Shown here piece by piece: positions 62,681 to 64,000 of a stretch of DNA of 64,000 nucleotides (positions within the stretch are counted from its first letter, which is position 1; the number at the start of each line of letters is the position of its first letter). Source of the stretch: Balanoglossus misakiensis (taxonomy: Eukaryota; Animalia; Hemichordata); the NCBI GenBank assembly GCA_040954595.2, contig CM082595.2:2465943-2529942 (forward strand), given 5' to 3'. Under the pieces are notes generated by a model, which did no database searches, had not been told where the DNA came from, and saw nothing but the letters and a program-made list of their open reading frames with translations. The position numbers and the translations under genes are program-made.

Positions 62681-64000
62681 CAGTCCGTCAGCGTCGAACG
62701 AAAGAAACCGACCATCCAACAGAAGACTCTATACAGCCGACAGCACACTCACGTCGCCCTCCGGTTATACCGATCCGAAAACTAAATCACAATTCGTTCC
62801 CCGCTGGCGTTGCAAGTCAGGCAATCCGGCCTTGAACTGAGACTCTCATAGCTGTGCACGCGCCTTCTGATCACACTCCGGGACAAAACTCCCCGGGTAT
62901 AGAAACGAATTTCTGATCCACCCTCGGGGAAACAACAAAAAAATAGAGAACGAAGAGACGCTTCTCTATACCCCACGCTCTTTTTTGCATCTGATTGTCT
63001 GTCTGTCTGACTGACTGACTTGACTGCTGCCCTAATGAGGTCTCCTTGCCGCGTGCATACTAATCAAGCGAGACACCCCCCTTTAAAGCATTTTAACTTA
63101 ATAACTACAAGTCACTGTATTTGATCACCCAGGCAATCTGGTCGATTCAAAAGTATGAAAACTTGTCCACAGTTTATCCAGCGTTTTTTTTTTCAAACCA
63201 TGAATGAAGGAGCTGATTGATGTTGGTCCTAACACGTCTTGAACAGATGTCAAAATGTTTACGTGGAATCTGTATAATATATACGTATGAGATCACAGCC
63301 AACGTGAGATGCATACGTACTGTGGTGTTTCGTTACATTTCATTGTAATTTTGAGGGAAAAAATCCCAAATGTGCGAGAGTGGAGACCAAGCACGCCGCG
63401 TTGGCGTTCTCCGAAAAAATAGAAAAAAAGTTTTAGTGGGTCTATCATAAAATAGAGTCATCCATAGAATCTAGCTGGAAAATTGACAGGGTTTTGTTAG
63501 CCAGTCAAAGAATAAAAACGTCCTTGTCAGCGACTCACAGATTGGCACGTATTGTATTTCGGGTGATTTTTACGCCATTTTAGTCACAATTAGTACTCGA
63601 TATTTCACTCCTTTTTTTTCCCTCGCTTTTGTCCTCCAGAAGTCTAGATCGTTACTATTGACAAAAGCGTTTGTTATGTTGATTGAAAAGCACTCCACCT
63701 TCTCACTTAAGGTTTTTTCTCCAAATCAGTAAAAAGCATCGCGTCGTTCCTGTGACACATCCAATTTCCCGCGTTCATGCCCCGAAACCATAATCGAATA
63801 CTAATGACATCCGCGCCAGACGATGTCAATTTTTTTCCAGTCAGTTGTCAGCAATGCGCGCCCCGTTGAGCGACAATCGCGCACGGCAAAGGTTATCGTC
63901 TGTCTGAAAATGTCGTTAAATTGTGTTATAATCTCTGTTGTATCATTTTGGGTTCTTATTTTCACATTATTTAATCCCTTTCTTTGAAAATTTGCAGCAT

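Overview
Intron-rich eukaryotic genomic DNA with GT-AG introns. Gene content suggests a marine invertebrate deuterostome; this taxon is an inference. From left to right: a tandem cluster of SLC7 (CAT-type) amino-acid transporters with a two-domain GNAT inserted in it, an ST6Gal-like sialyltransferase, a Cys-type nucleoside hydrolase, PLEKHM1 (RUN + RH), a charged disordered protein ending in a CaaX box, a CHST11-like sulfotransferase, an SLC45 transporter and an M13 (neprilysin/ECE-like) peptidase. Also present are two intron-containing tRNA-Arg genes, a Helentron/DINE-1-like element with an internal ~237-bp tandem array, and several MITEs. The most notable structures are: (1) two ~1.6-kb paralogous SLC7 exons that appear to share one pair of 3' exons, a variable/constant layout like UGT1 or protocadherin clusters; (2) tandem duplicated, frame-enforced mutually exclusive exons covering the active-site segment of the nucleoside hydrolase; (3) a tRNA-Arg(TCT) nested in an intron of a CAT-family transporter. 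All exon coordinates were read by eye and need RNA-seq confirmation.
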